NCBI GenBank assembly: GCA_030446555.1
Contig: JAUJNA010000004.1
Location: 35,354 to 97,807, forward strand
Direction of reading: 5' to 3'
Origin: Chloroflexota bacterium
GTDB taxonomy: Bacteria; Chloroflexota; Limnocylindria; Limnocylindrales; CSP1-4
DNA: 62,454 nucleotides
The notes below the pieces were generated by a model. The model was not told where the DNA came from. It worked only from the letters and a program-made list of their open reading frames with translations, and ran no database searches. Made by a program: the position numbers and the translations under genes. Below, in pieces: positions 9,300 to 18,175 of the stretch; within the stretch, counting starts at the first letter, position 1, and every line of letters begins with the position of its first letter.

Positions 9300-10366
9300 C
9301 AGACCGCAAGCTTCAGCGACGGCCGGGCGTCCAGATCGCCGCCCGCACGGGCACCGGCTCTCCACCGATGCCACGCCGCTGCTCCGATCATGGCCGCATT
9401 GTCGGTGCAGAGGGCCGGTCGCGGCACGATCAACGGCACGCCCAGCGATCGCGCCCCTTCCCCGATGCGCTCGCGCAGTACGGCGTTCGCGGCGACGCCG
9501 CCGCCGATGACGATGCTCCGCGCCCCGCACCGCTCGGCGGCGCGCAGCGTCTTGGTGGCCAGTACATCGACCACGGAGTCCTGGAACCCCCACGCGAGCT
9601 CGGCGACGGTCTCTGGGGCCAGGCGCGCACCGTCCGGCTCGCCCGTGGTCCCATGGCGGCCTTCCAGTTCCGTCAGCACCGCACGACGCGCCGCTGTCTT
9701 GAGGCCGCTGAAGCTCAGATCGTCGGTGCCGCGCAGCCACGCTCGCGGGAAGCGCCGGTCGTGTCGCGTGGCCGACGCCGCGGCGCGCATGATGGCCGGG
9801 CCGCCAGGGTATGGCAGACCGAGCAGCCGACCGACCTTGTCGAAGGCCTCGCCGGCCGCGTCGTCCACCGTCTGGCCCAGCAGGCGGTACTCGAGATGAC
9901 CGCGCATCTCCACGATGAAGGTGTGCCCGCCGCTCACCACGAGGGCCACGAGCGGGAACGGTGGCTCCGGACGGTCGGGCTCGTCAGCGTCGAGCAGCCA
10001 CGCGGCGTAGATGTGCCCCTCCAGGTGGTTCACCGGCACGAGCGGCAGCCCATGGACCCATGCCAGCGTCCGAGCCATCGTGATGCCCACCAGCAGCGAC
10101 CCGGCCAGACCCGGCCCGTGGGTCACGGCCACGCCGGCGAGCGACGACCAGGCCTCGATACCGGCCAGCGAGCGCGCCTCCTCCAGCACGGGGATCATCC
10201 AGCGGAGGTGCGCCCGGGCAGCCACCTCGGGGACGATGCCTCCCGTCGGAGCGTGCAGTGCGACCTGGCTGGCCACGACGTCGGCGACGATGCGCCGCCC
10301 TCGCTCGACGACCGCGACGGCCGTCTCGTCGCAGGAGGTCTCGATCGCCAGGATGCGGCTGCTCAC
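9299..10366 (-). CDS. tsaD: tRNA N6-adenosine threonylcarbamoyltransferase
   Basis: 355 aa. ILAIETSCDETAVAVV...GGIVPEVAARAHL and HLEGH metal motif. Confidence 0.92.
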   Translation of the reverse strand: MSSRILAIETSCDETAVAVVERGRRIVADVVASQVALHAPTGGIVPEVAARAHLRWMIPVLEEARSLAGIEAWSSLAGVAVTHGPGLAGSLLVGITMARTLAWVHGLPLVPVNHLEGHIYAAWLLDADEPDRPEPPFPLVALVVSGGHTFIVEMRGHLEYRLLGQTVDDAAGEAFDKVGRLLGLPYPGGPAIMRAAASATRHDRRFPRAWLRGTDDLSFSGLKTAARRAVLTELEGRHGTTGEPDGARLAPETVAELAWGFQDSVVDVLATKTLRAAERCGARSIVIGGGVAANAVLRERIGEGARSLGVPLIVPRPALCTDNAAMIGAAAWHRWRAGARAGGDLDARPSLKLAV

Positions 10367-10908
10367 GGAGTGGCGCCCGTGCCGTCTGCAGTGCCCCCGT
10401 ACCGCTGGCGCATGGCCTCGAGACGCCTCCGGCTGTCGGGCGCATCGAGCCGGTCGGTGGTCATGATCAACGCATCCTCGCCGTTGTCCGAGTAGTAGCG
10501 CGGCCGGATGCCCGCCGGCCGGAAGCCGAACCGCGCGTACAAGCCACGCGCCGCCTCGTTCGAGAGGCGGACCTCCAGGGTGACGACCGATGCACGGAGC
10601 TCACCCGCGAGGTCCATCAGGGCGACCATCAGCCGACCACCGACGCCCTGGCGCCGCCAGCCCGGCAGGACGGCGAAGGTGGTGACATGAGCCTCGTCGA
10701 GCATCAGCCAGAGGCCGCCGTAGGCCACCGTCTCTTCACCCGCAGTGACCAGGAGGTAACGCGCGAGACGGTTCATCTCGAGCTCCTGGCGGAACGCGTA
10801 GGCCGGCCACGGCACGGGGAAGCTGGAGCGCTCGATCTCGTGGACGTCGGCGATATCGGCCACGGTCATCGGCCGCACGACGACCGCTAGGGGAGGTCTG
10901 GCGACCAC
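10363..10908 (-). CDS. rimI: ribosomal-protein-alanine N-acetyltransferase (GNAT)
   Basis: 181 aa from GTG 10908 (alternative ATG at 10869). IADVHEIERSSFPVPW and GNAT motif RRQGVGGRLM. Lies between tsaB and tsaD. Confidence 0.8.
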   Translation of the reverse strand: MVARPPLAVVVRPMTVADIADVHEIERSSFPVPWPAYAFRQELEMNRLARYLLVTAGEETVAYGGLWLMLDEAHVTTFAVLPGWRRQGVGGRLMVALMDLAGELRASVVTLEVRLSNEAARGLYARFGFRPAGIRPRYYSDNGEDALIMTTDRLDAPDSRRRLEAMRQRYGGTADGTGATP

Positions 10909-11606
10909 GCCATCTCACGTCCGGCATCGGACACGCCGCGAGGCAGGGCCACGTACTCCGGGACCAGGGTCGCGACGTCATCCTGGTCGCCCTCGTCGAG
11001 CCGCGTCCGCCCGATGGCAAGGAGCGCTGCCCCGAGGCCTTGGAGCGCTGCCTCCCCGCGTCGCTGGGCCCTCGGGCCGAGCGTGTCGGGCGCAAGGCCG
11101 ACGGGCACGGGCAGGGCATCGACCACCTCCGCCGCCAGGTCCGTGCCGGGTGGCAGCACCCGGGGCTGCTGTGACACGGGTCGATCGGCGTCGGCCGGGA
11201 CATCGACGATGGCGAGGTAGTGATCACGGGCACCTGCCGCCATGATCACCGCGTACCCCGCCGGACCCGCTCCTTCGCCAGCGGTAGCGGCGGCTCGCGC
11301 CAGGGCGGCGGCGCTGGACACGCCAACGAGGGGCAGGGAACACGCGTACGCCAGCGTCTTGGCGGTCGCGAGCGCCACGCGCAGGCCGGTGAAGCTGCCG
11401 GGACCGGTGCCCACCACGATGCCGCGCAGATCCTCCATCGCCGCGCCCGCCGCGTCCAGGGCCTCGTCGACGTGCTCCAGGAGCGGCTCGGCTTCGCGGT
11501 CCGCTCGACGGTGCGCGCCGAGCGCTCGTCCGTCGCCCACAGCCACCGTCGTCCAGCGAGTGGAGGTGTCGAACGCGAGTAGCAGATGCCTCGGCGGTCC
11601 GGTCAC
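10887..11606 (-). CDS. tsaB: tRNA threonylcarbamoyladenosine biosynthesis protein TsaB
   Basis: Frame 10887..11774 trimmed to GTG 11606 (GTGA overlap with the tsaE stop). LLLAFDTSTRWTTVAVG...GTGPGSFTGLRVALATAK. Confidence 0.8.
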   Translation of the reverse strand: MTGPPRHLLLAFDTSTRWTTVAVGDGRALGAHRRADREAEPLLEHVDEALDAAGAAMEDLRGIVVGTGPGSFTGLRVALATAKTLAYACSLPLVGVSSAAALARAAATAGEGAGPAGYAVIMAAGARDHYLAIVDVPADADRPVSQQPRVLPPGTDLAAEVVDALPVPVGLAPDTLGPRAQRRGEAALQGLGAALLAIGRTRLDEGDQDDVATLVPEYVALPRGVSDAGREMAWSPDLP

Positions 11607-12127
11607 GCCGAGCGGCCGGCCCGTGCCTCCCAGCGGATGGCGGCCGCGAGGTACCCCTCGTGGCGACCATCGTCGGGGCCCGTGAGCTCGATGGACCGCT
11701 CCTCCTCGCCCAGAACGGTGAAGCGGATGCTCAGTCGATCGATGGTGTCCGGCGAACCGAGCCGGTCCGCCCACTCGGTGATGGTGACGCCCGCGTCCTG
11801 GCGCTCGTCCACGAGTCCGGCAGCCATCGCCTCCTGGGTGCCGCCCAGCCGATACAGATCCTGATGGAAGAGCGGTAGCCGGCCCTCGTACTCCGCCATG
11901 AGCGTGAAGCTCGGGCTGTTCACCACGCCCATGACGCCCAGGCCTGCGGCGAAGCCCTTGGCCAGCTGGGTCTTGCCTGCCCCCAGCGGTCCGACCAGGC
12001 CGAGTCGGTCGCCCGCGCGGGCAGCATCGGCCAGAGCCTCGCCCAGCGCGCGTGTCTCCGCCGCGCTCGAGGATCGAACGAGCACGGTGCGCGGGTCCGA
12101 GCGAGCCGGGGCCGCCGGGTGAAACAC
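11603..12127 (-). CDS. tsaE: tRNA threonylcarbamoyladenosine biosynthesis ATPase TsaE
   Basis: 174 aa. P-loop GPLGAGKTQLAKG and SPSFTLMAEY...HQDLYRL. Confidence 0.85.
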   Translation of the reverse strand: MFHPAAPARSDPRTVLVRSSSAAETRALGEALADAARAGDRLGLVGPLGAGKTQLAKGFAAGLGVMGVVNSPSFTLMAEYEGRLPLFHQDLYRLGGTQEAMAAGLVDERQDAGVTITEWADRLGSPDTIDRLSIRFTVLGEEERSIELTGPDDGRHEGYLAAAIRWEARAGRSA

Positions 12128-12137
12128 GTGGGCTAGG

Positions 12138-13202
12138 TTAGTCCAAGCGTTCCAGGTCGGTGAGTGGCAGGACCCGGCGTTCCGGGGACTGACGGGGGGG
12201 GCCGGCGTCCAACCACACCAGTGCGGACGGACGATATGCGCCTACGCCTGTGCGGACCTGCCCCCGCAGGCCGAGCAGCCGGCCCTCGCGGCCCAGGTCC
12301 GCACCAGCTGTCACCCGCACGCGCCCGGTCGCGACCGGGCGGAGAAGACCAGCGTCCAGGACGATCAGCGGCGGGTCGGTGACGATGGCCACGTCACGGC
12401 CGGCGGCGCCGACCAGTGCATCCCAGGTCGGTCCGGGGATGGGCCGGCGACCGAAGCCGTCGATGATGGCCAGCGCGAACGGTGCCCCCGGGTGGAGGGA
12501 CACGCGCTGGCGTGCCTCCGACGCTTCCAGCTGCCGCAGCTCTCTGCTCGCGATCCCGCCGCAGACGATCCCGCGCACGCCGAGCGCACGGGCCCGCGTG
12601 ATGGCCTCGATGTCGACCTTCGCGCCCGCCACGAGGACGGCACCGCTGGCGGCAACGTCCAGGGCGCCGGCCCGGAGCTCGGCGTCAGGCGACGGCACGG
12701 CGGGTCTCAACGGACCTCGGACGGCACTGCCCCAGCAGAAGGCCGCCACGAGCCCGTCGCCGTCCGCGCGCAGTGCCACTCCACTCGCGTCGACCGCCTC
12801 GACCGTGCCCGCGATGGGCGAGCCGAACGGTCCCATCGCTCGGCTGATGACGACCCGGATGGTGCCGTCGGGGAACGCATGGAGGAACGTGGCCCGGTCG
12901 ATGGGCCGGGCCCGGCCGTGGCCGCGCATCTCGGCCTCGATCGTGGCCGGGTCGATGGCCTGGCCGGGGGTCAGGGAACCAGCCGCAGGCCCCCGCACCT
13001 TGACGACGCTGGCGTCTCGCACCTGCTCGATCAGCGGATCGTTCGCCGCCACCGCATCACCGACCGACACCAGGGCTCGATCCGCGACGCCGAGTCGGAA
13101 GAAGCACCGCGGGGCCACCACCCCGGTGCGCCGGGCGACGACGAAGCGGCCCGCTTCGCCGGTGCCTCGCGCAGCCGATGCCCGAGAACGAGCGCTGGTC
13201 AT
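12138..13202 (-). CDS. hypothetical protein (354 aa), translationally coupled to the upstream ATPase-like gene
   Basis: Third-codon positions are strongly G/C in this frame. ATGA overlap at 13199..13202, and the gene ends 10 nt before tsaE. A possible barrel-sandwich-like VSVGDAVAANDPLIE ... SPIAGTVEAV is the only motif I see; no catalytic motif recognised. An 8-nt G run at 12194..12201 makes the last ~20 codons uncertain. Confidence 0.55.
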   Translation of the reverse strand: MTSARSRASAARGTGEAGRFVVARRTGVVAPRCFFRLGVADRALVSVGDAVAANDPLIEQVRDASVVKVRGPAAGSLTPGQAIDPATIEAEMRGHGRARPIDRATFLHAFPDGTIRVVISRAMGPFGSPIAGTVEAVDASGVALRADGDGLVAAFCWGSAVRGPLRPAVPSPDAELRAGALDVAASGAVLVAGAKVDIEAITRARALGVRGIVCGGIASRELRQLEASEARQRVSLHPGAPFALAIIDGFGRRPIPGPTWDALVGAAGRDVAIVTDPPLIVLDAGLLRPVATGRVRVTAGADLGREGRLLGLRGQVRTGVGAYRPSALVWLDAGPPRQSPERRVLPLTDLERLD

Positions 13203-14875
13203 GCCCCGCCGCGGGACCAGAGCGGTCCCTCCCAGCTCTGGAGCAGCGATCGACGCGCCTCGGCCTGCTCGGGTAACCGGAGCGGGTGCTCCCGCGTATC
13301 GACGAGGAGCCCGCCGAGGCCACCGGCGACATCCATGGTCACGTGTCGTGCCCGCACGGCCAGCCGGACGGGCTCGCGCGCCTCGAGCTCAGCTCGAGCG
13401 ACCAGCCCTGGCGGAAGGTCGAACACGCGCAGCTCACCGGGTGCGAGGGCAGCCTCGGTGGTCTGGAGCGGGCTCACCAGACGGAGCCTCCCCGACTCGC
13501 GGCCGCTCCGCACGTCCGCCACGACCAGCGCGCTCGCGATGGGCAAGAACGCATCGTCGAGCAGATCCGAGTACAGCCGGCGCCGATCGGAGTCTGAGGG
13601 CAGGGAGCCGATCGGCGCGAGCACGCGGGCGTGGTCCCAGAGCATCCTCAGCGCACCGGGCCGTCGGAAGACGTCAAGGAGCGCGAGTGCCGCGAGGGGC
13701 GGCGGGACGGCAGCGAAGGCGCCGCCGCTGGCGATGAGCAGTTCGCCCTGCGGTCCGGGCCCCGGCGAGGCCGTGGTGCTCGCCGGTCGGCCACGCGGGA
13801 AGGGACGTGGGGCTCCCGCCCGTGCGCTTCTCGCAGCGGCCCACGATCCGGCGAGGCGAGCCAGTGCCGCACGGAGGGCCGCGAGGCGGAGGCGGGCGCC
13901 ATCCTCGCTCGAGTCACGCCAGGCTTCAAGGCGCAGGTCGCGGACGCGGTCGCGCAGGACGGCTGGGTCAGCGCGCAGGGCGCACCAGCGGATGATGGTG
14001 TCGGCTTCGCTGTCCTCCGAGAGAGCGCGCCTGTGCACGAGCGCAGCGTCCGCGTCGACGAAGTGCTCCACCGTGCCCTGGGACGTGGCCACGATGCGCC
14101 CGCCGGCACTGTGGCCCACATCCACGGCATCGACGGTGCGCTCGAGGAGCGACGCGAGGGTGACGGCGCCGTCACCGAACGCACGGCGCCCGTCGGCCAC
14201 ATCGAGTGATGTCTCACCGTCGGCACTCCACCGCGCGGCGAGCGATAGGCAGAGCTCCCGGAGCCCCGTCGGGGACGTGCCCTCGTCCGGCCGAGGCGCC
14301 GGCCCTGTTACGACACGACCGGAGGGGAAGCTGTCCGCCCAGGCACTCGCCCCACCCGCGAGGATGACGCCGAGATCCCTGCGCCGGCTGGCCGCTGCAC
14401 CGAGGATGGCGACCACGGCAGCGAGACCCTGGCGCTCATCAGCGGCCGCCGGATCGTTGGCCGCGATGGCGACCGCGCGGACCTCACCACGGACGGCCGC
14501 TTCCGTGATCGCCATGGGGTCGGCTCGTTCACCCACGGCACGCGCCACGACCTGCCACCCCGCGCCCTGGAGGGCTCGAGCGAGGTCATCGGCCCGCCGC
14601 TCGCTCGCGGCGGCGCAGATGACCTGGAGTGGCGGATGGGTGGCGACCTCCAGACGGGCCCATGAGGGCCAGTCAGCCGCTCCGGGAAGGACGCGCGGCT
14701 CCATCGATCGGATGCCCTCGACCAGATCCTCCAGGATGGCCTCGGGATCCACCTCGCGCGGTGCCGTGGCCGCCGCTAGCAGGCGGAACCGTCCTCCGTA
14801 CGGGGCGATCAGCGCGGCCGATGTGGATGCGGTGCCGCGGTCGACGGTGAAGAAGGAGAGTGGCTGGGCTGTCAT
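13199..14875 (-). CDS. hypothetical ATPase-like protein, tentatively GlmL/MutL-type actin-fold (ASKHA) family
   Basis: 558-aa ORF with coding-like GC3. FFTVDRGTASTSAALIA, VDVGHSAGGRIV and LLIASGGAFAAV resemble ASKHA phosphate-1, phosphate-2 and adenosine motifs. Family assignment is from memory and was not searched. Confidence 0.5.
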   Translation of the reverse strand: MTAQPLSFFTVDRGTASTSAALIAPYGGRFRLLAAATAPREVDPEAILEDLVEGIRSMEPRVLPGAADWPSWARLEVATHPPLQVICAAASERRADDLARALQGAGWQVVARAVGERADPMAITEAAVRGEVRAVAIAANDPAAADERQGLAAVVAILGAAASRRRDLGVILAGGASAWADSFPSGRVVTGPAPRPDEGTSPTGLRELCLSLAARWSADGETSLDVADGRRAFGDGAVTLASLLERTVDAVDVGHSAGGRIVATSQGTVEHFVDADAALVHRRALSEDSEADTIIRWCALRADPAVLRDRVRDLRLEAWRDSSEDGARLRLAALRAALARLAGSWAAARSARAGAPRPFPRGRPASTTASPGPGPQGELLIASGGAFAAVPPPLAALALLDVFRRPGALRMLWDHARVLAPIGSLPSDSDRRRLYSDLLDDAFLPIASALVVADVRSGRESGRLRLVSPLQTTEAALAPGELRVFDLPPGLVARAELEAREPVRLAVRARHVTMDVAGGLGGLLVDTREHPLRLPEQAEARRSLLQSWEGPLWSRGGA

Positions 14876-14920
14876 CGCGCGGTAACGGGCGGTCCGCGGT
14901 CGGAGCCGCGGCCCGGATCC

Positions 14921-15211
14921 TCAGGCGTCGTAGCCTGGTTCTTCGTCGATCTCCTCGAGGCGCTCGATCAGCCGCTCGATCCCCGCGTCGTCGGCGAGGA
15001 CGCGCTGCGCCTCGGCCAGGTCGCCTCCGAAGAGCCCGCGCAGGACGGGATCGAAGAAGAGCATCGCCTGGCTACCGAGCGGGTGATACGGCCGGCTGGC
15101 CTCCAGGAACATCACCGCGGGACCGGTCAGGCCGCGTACCTGGATCTCGCGCGCCACGAACTCGACCGTCTCTTCGCGCAGCTCCGGGGCCTGCTCTCGC
15201 GCTCCTGTCAT
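14921..15211 (-). CDS. hypothetical small acidic protein (96 aa)
   Basis: Frame 14921..15262 trimmed to ATG 15211, which is preceded by GTGGAGGAACGG (GGAGGA Shine-Dalgarno). The acidic C-terminus is ERLIERLEEIDEEPGYDA. No recognisable motif. Confidence 0.5.
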   Translation of the reverse strand: MTGAREQAPELREETVEFVAREIQVRGLTGPAVMFLEASRPYHPLGSQAMLFFDPVLRGLFGGDLAEAQRVLADDAGIERLIERLEEIDEEPGYDA

Positions 15212-15242
15212 CCGTTCCTCCACGCAGGGCGCCCACAGACCG

Positions 15243-16481
15243 TCAGAGGTGGGACTCGCCACGGACCAGGACCTCGCCAGCCAGCGTTCTCACACCCGTC
15301 AGTCCTGCCCCGGCATGGTACACCCGGGGGATGCGATGAGCCATGCTCACGAGCACCTCCCAAGGAATGGTGGTGCGCCTCTGCGCCAGTTCACCCGCCG
15401 TGATGCGTTCATCTCCCTGCACGCCGAGGAGGACGAAGTCGTCGGCCATGGAGACGCCCGGCACATCGGTGACATCGACCGCCAGCGCATCCATCGCGAC
15501 CGTTCCCACCAGCGGCACACGCCGGCCGCGCACGAGGGCCTCACCTTCCGGCTGGTACGCGCGCGCATACCCGTCCCCGTAGCCGACGGGCAGGGTCGCG
15601 ATGCGGGAGGGGCGCTCCGCCCGCCAGCGGCCGCCATATCCCACAGCTGTCCCCGCGGACACCTCGGAGACACGCAGTGGCCGGCAGTGGAGCGTCATCG
15701 CCGGCCGCAGGGCGGCTCGAGCGTGGCGAGCGCGCGCGGCGATCGGAAGGTCTGCCGGCAGCTCGCCGTAGAGGCAGAGACCGGGGCGCACCATGCCATC
15801 GAAGCCGCCGGTGTCGGCGAAAAGCCCACCGGTCGCCGAGACGTGCATCGGCGGGACGGAGAGCCCGGACCGTCGCATCCCGTCGGCGGCCCTCTCCAAG
15901 GCCCCGCGCTGCTCGGACGAGATCGCCGGGTCGTCGGGGGATGCCAGGTGGCTCCACAGCCCCACGAGCTCGGTGCCCGGCGTCGACGTGATATCCCGCC
16001 CGATGCCCGCGACCGAATCCGGCGCGATGCCCGCACGAGACAGCCCCGTCTCCACCTCGAGGTGCCAGCGCAGTGGCCCGCGCGCGCGCACCGAGCGCCA
16101 GCGAGCGAGCGTCTCCTCCACGAGACCCGCGTCCGCCGCCACCAGCTCGAGGCCGGCTTGGGCAGCGACGGCCACCTCGCTGGGCGGGATCGAGAAGAGG
16201 ACGATGATGGGCGCCGTCACAGCCGCGGCCCGCAACCTGAGCGCCTCGTCGAGCGTCGCCACGCAGAGGCGAGCCGCCCCCGCCGCCAGGAACGTCCGTG
16301 CCGCCACCTCGAGGCCGTGGCCATACCCGTCGGACTTGACGACGGCGGCGATGGGCACGCCCGGTCCGACGAGCCCGCGCACGGCGCGGAGGTTCCCGGA
16401 CAGGGCCTCCTGGTCGATCGCCAACCATGCCGGCCGCGGCAGGGGCGGCAGGCTGGCGCGGGCGAGTGCCTCTTCGATCAC
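15243..16481 (-). CDS. alr: alanine racemase
   Basis: 412 aa. PLP-lysine motif AAVVKSDGYGHG and C-terminal ...VGTVAMDALAVDV. Confidence 0.9.
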   Translation of the reverse strand: MIEEALARASLPPLPRPAWLAIDQEALSGNLRAVRGLVGPGVPIAAVVKSDGYGHGLEVAARTFLAAGAARLCVATLDEALRLRAAAVTAPIIVLFSIPPSEVAVAAQAGLELVAADAGLVEETLARWRSVRARGPLRWHLEVETGLSRAGIAPDSVAGIGRDITSTPGTELVGLWSHLASPDDPAISSEQRGALERAADGMRRSGLSVPPMHVSATGGLFADTGGFDGMVRPGLCLYGELPADLPIAARARHARAALRPAMTLHCRPLRVSEVSAGTAVGYGGRWRAERPSRIATLPVGYGDGYARAYQPEGEALVRGRRVPLVGTVAMDALAVDVTDVPGVSMADDFVLLGVQGDERITAGELAQRRTTIPWEVLVSMAHRIPRVYHAGAGLTGVRTLAGEVLVRGESHL

Positions 16482-17428
16482 GTGCCAGGGGTGCCCGATG
16501 CCACCCCCACGCCGCTCGAGCGCTCGCCCGTGTCGGCGGCGAGGTCACGTCGCACACGAGCGATGGCGGCCGGGAGGTCCGACGCGAGGAGGCCGGCATC
16601 ACCCACGCGCTCCGAGAGATGGGCGGCAGCGGCACCATGGAGATAGACACCGACGCTGGCGGCGGCGTACGAAGCGAGCCCCTGCGCGAGCAGTGCACCG
16701 ATCGTGCCGGCCAGCACGTCCCCGGTCCCGGCCGTGGCCAGGGCCGCGTTCTCGAAGGGCGCCTGGCACACGCGACCATCCGGAGCCGCGATGACCGTTC
16801 GGGCACCCTTCAGCACGACCACCCGACGCCATCGCATGGCCGCCTCGGCCGCCCGGCGGACTCGCACCTCGTCCGCGGCACCCACAGGCCTCCCGTCGAG
16901 TCGCGCGAACTCGCCCGGGTGCGGCGTCAGGACGTCGGATCGCTCGCAGGCGAGCCACCATGCATCTCGGCCCGCCAGGCGGTTGAGCGCCTCGGCGTCC
17001 AGGACGGCCGGCATACCCGGCCGGCCGGCCAACGCCGCGACGAGCGCATCCGTTCCCGGCCCGGCGAGGAGGCCGGGACCGACGACGAGCGCATCGGCGC
17101 CCGACCCCTCCACGCACGTCAGCGCGCCGGCGGGCTCCACCTCACCGGGCGATCGCTCGGGCAGGCCCATCGTCACGATCTCCGGGATGCGTCCCGCGAC
17201 GATCGGCTGCAGCGAGGCCGGCACCGCGAGCCGGACCAGCCCGGCACCCGCGCGCGCGGCGGCCAGGGAGCAGAGCAGCGCGGCACCCAGGTGATCGAGC
17301 GACCCGGCCACGATGAGCACCGTCCCGTGCGTGCCCTTGTGGCTGCGCGGGTCGCGCACCGGCAACAGGCCGGCCACCGCTGCGGCATCGAGGAGGACGA
17401 CGCCCCGAGGCGTGTCCGGCTGTCTCAT
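16478..17428 (-). CDS. nnrD: ADP-dependent NAD(P)H-hydrate dehydratase (YjeF C-terminal type only)
   Basis: 316 aa. HKGTHGTVLIVAGS...GPGL...ATAGTGDVLAGTIGALLAQG. No YjeF_N epimerase domain. Confidence 0.85.
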   Translation of the reverse strand: MRQPDTPRGVVLLDAAAVAGLLPVRDPRSHKGTHGTVLIVAGSLDHLGAALLCSLAAARAGAGLVRLAVPASLQPIVAGRIPEIVTMGLPERSPGEVEPAGALTCVEGSGADALVVGPGLLAGPGTDALVAALAGRPGMPAVLDAEALNRLAGRDAWWLACERSDVLTPHPGEFARLDGRPVGAADEVRVRRAAEAAMRWRRVVVLKGARTVIAAPDGRVCQAPFENAALATAGTGDVLAGTIGALLAQGLASYAAASVGVYLHGAAAAHLSERVGDAGLLASDLPAAIARVRRDLAADTGERSSGVGVASGTPGT

Positions 17429-18018
17429 GCGCCGCCCTGGGCTCCCTCGTCATCCGCCCCCGCCGAGTGGCACTCTCTCTGGCGCTCGCGCCGGTCGCTC
17501 CGGCGCGGTCCCTCGTTCGCCTCGCTCTCCAGTTCCCGCAGGCGTCGCATCCGCTCGAGGAGGGCTCGCTCGCGATCATCCACGCGAGCCTCCAGATCGG
17601 GCGGGAAGAGGAACGCGCCGGCCGCCGTCCGGATGCCCATGGCGATGGCGATCGCGTAGTCGTGCTCGTGACTGATCGAGACCGCGATGCGAGCCATCCC
17701 CAGCTGTTCGGCACGGAGCCGGGCGCGGTCGTGCAAGCGGACCGAGGGCTGGCCCGTCGGGAGGCGGACGATCTCGATCTCCCGCCAGCCGACACCACGC
17801 ACACCGAGCCCCAGGACCTTGCTGATCGCTTCCTTGGCGGCCCATCGACCGGCCAGGTTCTCGGGCCGGCCCCGCACGTAGCTGTTCTCCTCGTCGGTCA
17901 GGATGCGGCGCGGGAAACGATCGCCGAAGCGCTCCAGGGCGGAGCGGATGCGCTCGACCTTGATGATGTCGATGCCGAGCTCGGTCGTCCCCGCCGGGAC
18001 CGCGGCGCTCGCGGCCAC
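17425..18018 (-). CDS. acpS: holo-[acyl-carrier-protein] synthase with ~65-aa charged C-terminal extension
   Basis: 197 aa, GTG start. LGIDIIKVERI...GRWAAKEAISKVLG...ISHEHDYAIAIA forms the AcpS core (~125 aa), followed by an ERALLERMRRLRELESEANEGPRRSDRRERQRE tail. Confidence 0.85.
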   Translation of the reverse strand: MAASAAVPAGTTELGIDIIKVERIRSALERFGDRFPRRILTDEENSYVRGRPENLAGRWAAKEAISKVLGLGVRGVGWREIEIVRLPTGQPSVRLHDRARLRAEQLGMARIAVSISHEHDYAIAIAMGIRTAAGAFLFPPDLEARVDDRERALLERMRRLRELESEANEGPRRSDRRERQRECHSAGADDEGAQGGA

Positions 18019-18023
18019 GGCGA

Positions 18024-18175
18024 CTAGCCGACGGTGACCGACGCGGCCGCCTCACGGCCCGCGCACGACGTGGCCACCATCGGGCTACTCGACCGTGACC
18101 GACTTGGCGAGATCGCTGACGAGCGTGCCACTCGGCGTCCGTGGCCCGCTCACTCGACCGTGACCGACTTGGCGA
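18024..18175. repeat. three tandem copies (periods 65 and 61 nt) of the glmS 3' terminus including a stop codon; two decayed copies lie downstream of the real stop
   Basis: Plus strand: tcaCTCGACCGTGACCGACTTGGCGAG (18150, real end, ..LAKSVTVE*), ctaCTCGACCGTGACCGACTTGGCGAG (18085, ..DLAKSVTVE*), ctaGCCGACGGTGACCGACgcgg (18024, ..ASVTVG*). Confidence 0.8.

Noticed and set aside
12250-14885. Plus-strand ORFs (495 aa and 797 aa) as an alternative coding interpretation of the uncharacterised cassette.
   Set aside because: They are Arg/Ala/Ser/Pro-rich low-complexity translations. The minus-strand frames show third-position G/C bias, a Shine-Dalgarno sequence, and ATGA coupling consistent with the surrounding operon.
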